In this document: piece after piece, positions 44,401-48,112 of the stretch | Layout: the number at the start of each line of letters is the position of its first letter | Position numbering within the stretch: the first letter of the stretch is position 1 | DNA from: Candidatus Woesearchaeota archaeon | Lineage (GTDB): Archaea > Nanobdellota > Nanobdellia > Woesearchaeales > JAGVYU01 | Assembly: GCA_018303105.1 (NCBI GenBank) | Contig: JAGVYU010000012.1 | Span: forward strand, 1-48,112 | Length of the DNA: 48,112 nucleotides | Direction of reading: 5' to 3' | Position numbers and translations under genes: made by a program | Notes under the pieces: generated by a model | Databases searched by the model: none | What the model was told of the DNA's origin: nothing | What the model saw: only the letters and a program-made list of their open reading frames with translations

Positions 44401-46339
44401 GTGCGGGACAAACTGCGGGTATTCTGACTCTGGTGCGTTTGGCATCCAGCTCAACATCACCTCGGCTATGTACGACAGCATCCAAAATGGCGGAAAGGCC
44501 ATCGTCTCATTCAGGTATGCAGCGTTTGATCGTGAGAGTTTCACGGGAGGCTCTGACGACACGGAAGAGAGTGTTTGGATTAAGGCACGGTTTGGCAATC
44601 AGGCGCAGATGCATTACTTAGGGTATGATCTCGACACGGGCCAAAGCGCTGCTCCCACCGCGCCTGCAGACTCCCCTCCTGAAATTCTATACGATTACAG
44701 CGTTAGTGATAACGTGATGTGGCATCAGGATAACACCCGGGGGGATTTTGACCGTGATGGAGACGGCGTGAGAAATACTGGAATGTTCGTGCAAGACGTG
44801 ACGCAACATATCACGGGTCCGGGATGGTATTACCTGGATATGGGAGCAAAGTTTGACTCCTCGGGGGGATGGCAATCAACAACGGAGGGCATTGTTGCGT
44901 TTTTTGATGATGTTGATATCAGCATTCAGAATGCCTCAGGCAACTTTTATTTTAGAAAAACGTTTGCCATTCAGGACTTGAACAGTATTAGTCTGCCCAA
45001 ACTGTATGTGTATAGTGATGACGGCGCTGATGTGTACATTAATGGCAATCTTGTAAGTTCCGATCCTGGCCCTCATAACGCCACATACTGGAATGTGAAC
45101 GGGATTTCTGTTGATACGGATGATCTCATCTCGGGAGATAATGTGATTGCTGTCAAGATCTACAACGATGATGCGGTAAGTGCGAAGTTCGACCTCGAGC
45201 TTCGGGCGAATGTATCTGTGATTCCGAAAGCAATGGTCATTATGAGCGACGGCCAGGCAAATTACTGCCACGGGCCGAATGACGGGCTCATGGATATTAA
45301 TGGATGGAGCGGTGATTGTCTTGATTCGCAGGCGGTCAACGAGACAGTTTCATTCGCATGTTATGCAAAGCAGCATTACAATATCAGCATTTATGCTGTT
45401 GCGTTCGGCGCCGGCGCTGACGTAGCTACGCTGAACAGGACTGCATGCTGTGATGACTGCTCCCATTTTTTCATGAGCACGAACGTAACAGGATTGCAGG
45501 AAGCGTACAAGAATATCGCGCTGAATCTGCTCAAGACGAATGTTGTGAAAATGAATCAGACGATAAACATTTCAGGCCAGTACATTAAGTCCGTGTTGTA
45601 TCCCGATTCGTTTATCCGCTATACGTATATTCCGGATGTGCCCCAGTCAAGCTATGGCAAAATTCCGATTACGGCGGAGTCTGCCCGGTTTAATAATGAA
45701 GTCACGACGGGAACAATTGACTTGCCTCAGGGTATTGAAGTGAGTGATTTTAAAGTGACTTCATACTCTGGCAACCGTTGGACGGATCTTCTCAGGATTC
45801 AGAATGCATTCTATCAGAATTGGACTGCCGTGTATAACCTCTCGGTCTACAATGCCCAGTATGAAGAGCTCGGTGATCCATACATTGTTCAAGTCCCGGT
45901 TTCTCTTTTGGCGATAGGGTCCGGAAATAGCGTCTGGGTAAGCACAGGAACGAATGCGACGACTTCTACAAATGGTTCTGCTGACGATCGCGCGATTTAT
46001 ACGGTGCACATCGACGCGCTCGTGAATTACACGGGAGTGTTCCCAAAAGCAGCTGGTTGCAGATGGTCTGTTGACTTTGAGGATAATACGAGCGCGGTTC
46101 TCCGCATTCCTGAGACATATGGCGGGACAAAGACGTGCGATTATGCATCAGGAGTTTTTGATCCTACGGATGCCATCGATAATGCTGCGTATCAACTTTT
46201 GAAAAAGCTTGACTTTGACAATGATGGGAAAATCATTGTGAACATTGACAGCGCTGATCTTGAAACCGAGATTATTGGCGAGCAGGGAATTCCATTCCTG
46301 TGGGGGCCTGCAATTATGGAAATAAGGGTGTGGTCATGA
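41438..46339 (+). CDS. Giant pilin-like adhesin (1633 aa) with split vWA domain and inserted beta-sandwich domains
   Basis: KKA|FFFSFDA class III signal; MIDAS parts DVSGS, ATCISCGI and MSDGQAN; jelly-roll segments WKY..W..G...LGFG and FYFRKTF..DDG..VYING..GDNVIAV; C-terminal LWGP..MEIRVW. Confidence 0.85.
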   Translation: MVKKAFFFSFDALIAISIMLAVLYAASLIYISNRSDVQQVYYAQDLVEIFSSVSMQEINNSQVAVILQQHNLTEYNLTVLEQIGRFWAVGDVQTARNLSEYLLGSLIPVQFGYALVAGNDVIFETDTPLRNQLSSAKQMVSGLESGHAIEGKSARLFLKDINAKQDAAYAYFGGYEGDGNLTKLLYLPADFFNIQSAYFEVNNGAAFDLYVNGNYSGTYNATNASLGANKWYLDSMYFSNFAPDQNLVELRFAKTSSNYIGGGYLKVEFSTSEIDTSQVIYENGLATQVFDLPGIDGVINLYTSLYIPGNLTSMQVQLHYYANHSDAFQSPFFLRIGNTTVFEDTNSTVVQLRTLTDAELSMLDYGQFSRHTVPVRLGFSNLSSQEIVIGGYQGDSVLITDVSGSMNECDIDKTGFSALTCPSDGSDPDAERLETAKFVDKDFIDRIVNISGNRVGLVSYSSVLEEYMNLSDNAIQLKNHIDSYVPLSATCISCGIYQATQVLIRDNTKPLHDDIWKYTNAYQFTAPPANWYDQSYNDSLWPSGKTVLGFGGVDTSINNALHPDLWDMAQDHPEPIDFSSGMNSTANSFGFSAAASIATPLLNMHFDGPSLLGWTSSGAVQASALIENATVLLLDDFESYYTSTTQINGNSINRSPGYWITNDAGQEVYIFANDPGYAAYSPTDVLVFRDMDSYGYIRRTFNLLGYARANLTYAWRLSGENDLGDYGDVRINDGSWQTLRQYAGNIDDDDQYHNASHDLSSYVMRDPFYVQFGAYSYSSFSQNGDLERFYVEDIRFTGVKDYFGMRDYWIVDSNGGSSGSLNQSFSVPDETITKVTFSFNHSVNAALFNGTANPYCSLKHPSGESTLWSASWTQASHPQNGPIQETFDITSYVTNTSYLYAIECGASVTSGSGRTIVAFDDLSILVNYTSTGNDGWDWARGNETYGSTGDDGAPGDHDMTAHYDPSAKSDGVTTDGSKRVQVDIGGVQCGTNCGYSDSGAFGIQLNITSAMYDSIQNGGKAIVSFRYAAFDRESFTGGSDDTEESVWIKARFGNQAQMHYLGYDLDTGQSAAPTAPADSPPEILYDYSVSDNVMWHQDNTRGDFDRDGDGVRNTGMFVQDVTQHITGPGWYYLDMGAKFDSSGGWQSTTEGIVAFFDDVDISIQNASGNFYFRKTFAIQDLNSISLPKLYVYSDDGADVYINGNLVSSDPGPHNATYWNVNGISVDTDDLISGDNVIAVKIYNDDAVSAKFDLELRANVSVIPKAMVIMSDGQANYCHGPNDGLMDINGWSGDCLDSQAVNETVSFACYAKQHYNISIYAVAFGAGADVATLNRTACCDDCSHFFMSTNVTGLQEAYKNIALNLLKTNVVKMNQTINISGQYIKSVLYPDSFIRYTYIPDVPQSSYGKIPITAESARFNNEVTTGTIDLPQGIEVSDFKVTSYSGNRWTDLLRIQNAFYQNWTAVYNLSVYNAQYEELGDPYIVQVPVSLLAIGSGNSVWVSTGTNATTSTNGSADDRAIYTVHIDALVNYTGVFPKAAGCRWSVDFEDNTSAVLRIPETYGGTKTCDYASGVFDPTDAIDNAAYQLLKKLDFDNDGKIIVNIDSADLETEIIGEQGIPFLWGPAIMEIRVWS

Positions 46340-47286
46340 ACCGAAAAGCGATGTTTTTCACGCTGTTGACAATCGCGATACTGGGAATTTTCATCTTCGC
46401 GTTTTCATATCAGGAGTATCAGCGGCTTTCCAATCGGGCGCTCACCGTTGAGGCAAGAGTAACGAGCCTTAACGATTTTCTCAGTGATGTGCGCCGTGAC
46501 ATCGGCCGTGGATTGTATATCTCCGGGTTCAGGAGTGTGCTCGCGCTGAGTGAGTATATGATCAATCAAGGAACATATGTTGATGATGTCCAGTCGAGGT
46601 TTCGCGAGGCGATGATTAATGGAACGATCAATGGCAGCACGTATACTGTCCTTCAGGGCTCTACTTTTAAGGATTGGGCGCAGCGCATTCAGTTTGAGGG
46701 GGATAAGGTAAGGATCGATGTGAATATAACTCTGAATACTTTGGATGTCGTGCAGGATGACCCGTGGAATGTCCTTGTGCGGGCGAATGTAACGATGATT
46801 GTCAAGGACAGCGCGCAGACAGCCACGTTTACGACAACGGAGTTTGTCACAGCGAAAGTGGGTATTGTGGGTTTTGAGGATCCCTTGTACATTGTAAATG
46901 GCCAAGGAAGATTGACAAATGTGATTAATACTTCCATATTTTACGGCAATTTCACTCAGAAAATTAATGGCACATGGTACGTTTCGAATCTTTTGAATCA
47001 TACTGCTTCAGGATATTATGTTGCTGACGAGGATGCTCCAAGTTTCCTCATGCGCTTTGAGAATGATCTGGAAAGCTCTCCCTATGGCATTGAAAGTCTA
47101 GTGGATCTTGCTAAGTTTGAGGCGCAGGGCATCCAAACGTACGAAAACAGCATTGTGGATCATAAGTACTTTGCGAACAGTTCTGGAACATTATATCGGA
47201 TAAACTTCACGCCGAGCTGGTTCGTCATAGACCAAGCGCATCTTGCTCAATATAATGTGACGGGAGTGAGTTATGGGGTTTCGTGA
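46336..47286 (+). CDS. Class III signal peptide minor pilin-like protein
   Basis: RKA|MFFTL followed by a hydrophobic helix; G.EDPLY, APSFL.R.E, S.YGIES.V; ATGA overlap. Confidence 0.82.
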   Translation: MNRKAMFFTLLTIAILGIFIFAFSYQEYQRLSNRALTVEARVTSLNDFLSDVRRDIGRGLYISGFRSVLALSEYMINQGTYVDDVQSRFREAMINGTINGSTYTVLQGSTFKDWAQRIQFEGDKVRIDVNITLNTLDVVQDDPWNVLVRANVTMIVKDSAQTATFTTTEFVTAKVGIVGFEDPLYIVNGQGRLTNVINTSIFYGNFTQKINGTWYVSNLLNHTASGYYVADEDAPSFLMRFENDLESSPYGIESLVDLAKFEAQGIQTYENSIVDHKYFANSSGTLYRINFTPSWFVIDQAHLAQYNVTGVSYGVS

Positions 47287-47331
47287 GAAGTTTTTCACAA
47301 TAGAAATAAGGTCCACGCTAAAATAGCCCGT

Positions 47332-47739
47332 TCACTGAAGAATTTTAATCAAGTCTTCTGTTGAATAAACCTTAACTTTATTTTGGGTTTTTAATTTCTT
47401 GTCATTTGACCAGATGCCGCAGTTAAGCTTTAAGGCTAAAGCAAAATATTCCGTGTCATTTGGGTCTGGACTACTCTTTTCTGCTTCAGGAACAAACTTC
47501 TCAAATTCAGAATAAGGCACAAATTCAATTTTGGCTGAGATGATGGCTAGAAACACATCAAACTCGTATTCAGAGAGTCCTGACTTGGCTAGAATTTCAG
47601 GCCTATGCTTCTCTAGTTCTTGCAATAACTTATCTACAGAGAAGAGCTTGAGCCGCTCAGTAAATATGAGGTCGTAGGTCCTGCCCTCTCTAGCGATCAA
47701 AGCAGACATCAGAATATTCGCATCAATAATAAATTCCAT
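47332..47739 (-). CDS. PIN-domain ribonuclease toxin (VapC-like)
   Basis: IIDANILMSAL, EL, DPND..Y.ALAL, IWSNDK.L. Confidence 0.9.
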   Translation of the reverse strand: MEFIIDANILMSALIAREGRTYDLIFTERLKLFSVDKLLQELEKHRPEILAKSGLSEYEFDVFLAIISAKIEFVPYSEFEKFVPEAEKSSPDPNDTEYFALALKLNCGIWSNDKKLKTQNKVKVYSTEDLIKILQ

Positions 47740-47740
47740 G

Positions 47741-47962
47741 TTATTTAGCTAAATCTCTATGCAGTGATTCATTTATTTTTCTTCCTAATTCCAATGCGTC
47801 TTTCTCCGTAAGCTTGGATTTGGCGGATATGGTTTTTAGTATTTTGAGCTGCGAGACTTTGCTTCTGATTGCGGTTCGTGCTACTTCAGACCAATTGATT
47901 TCTTTAGATTCATCCATTCCCCTTTTCAAATCTTCCGGAACAGATAAGGTTATGGTTGGCAT
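47741..47962 (-). CDS. Ribbon-helix-helix antitoxin (VapB-like)
   Basis: MPTITLSVPEDLK..M.....INWSEVAR.AI directly upstream of the PIN gene. Confidence 0.85.
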   Translation of the reverse strand: MPTITLSVPEDLKRGMDESKEINWSEVARTAIRSKVSQLKILKTISAKSKLTEKDALELGRKINESLHRDLAK

Positions 47963-48112
47963 TTTTCCCTCCAATATTTAACTTATTTAATTATGTGTAA
48001 ATAGTTAATCTATATAAATCTTTCGGAGGGGACTCTGGAAAGGCAGAAGATCTTTTCTATAAAAGCGAGCTTGATTTTGAGGATTCTATCGTAAGCGGTT
48101 AAGGTAAATCCG

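Noticed and set aside
42960-45220. Intein as the explanation for the insertion in the vWA domain
   Set aside because: No intein splice motifs (N-terminal Cys/Ser block, C-terminal His-Asn) or LAGLIDADG signature seen; the insert looks like extracellular beta-sandwich domains.
1-48112. Interpretation as a bacterial (for example CPR) genome with an ordinary dcw cluster
   Set aside because: The BHB tRNA intron, class III pilins, TATA promoters and archaeal YchF argue against it, and ftsW/ftsI/murD/murE/ddl are absent. Chimerism still needs read-level exclusion.

Overview
This window looks like chromosomal DNA from a DPANN archaeon, most like Woesearchaeota/Nanobdellota (lineage is inferred). 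Archaeal markers are a tRNA-Thr(UGU) with a 17-nt bulge-helix-bulge intron at 37/38, TATA boxes about 20-30 nt upstream of start codons, archaeal-type YchF, a KaiC-like ATPase, an Lrp regulator, and a type IV pilus locus with class III signal-peptide pilins and a 1633-aa vWA adhesin. The standout feature is a ~13 kb block (8417-21206) of bacterial-type peptidoglycan genes: murA, murB, murG, mraY, a MurF-M23 peptidase fusion, a FemABX-like peptidyltransferase, an Mpl/MurC-family ligase, a DUF4015 putative glycoside hydrolase lipoprotein, a monofunctional GT51 transglycosylase and a MOP-family flippase. Next to it are three membrane glycosyltransferases (ALG10-like, WaaL-like, PTPS-related/YfhO-like). 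No murD, murE, ddl, alr, murI, SEDS protein or transpeptidase is visible in the window. This suggests a shortcut pathway that may use scavenged stem peptides to make lipid II or uncrosslinked murein-like glycan. Also present are an IS903-like MITE with a 9-bp target duplication, two toxin-antitoxin pairs, adenosine kinase/Lrp/ahcY, a lemA-GIDE pair, candidate structured RNAs and a small ORF missed by the ORF track. All calls come from motif recognition by eye; no searches were run.
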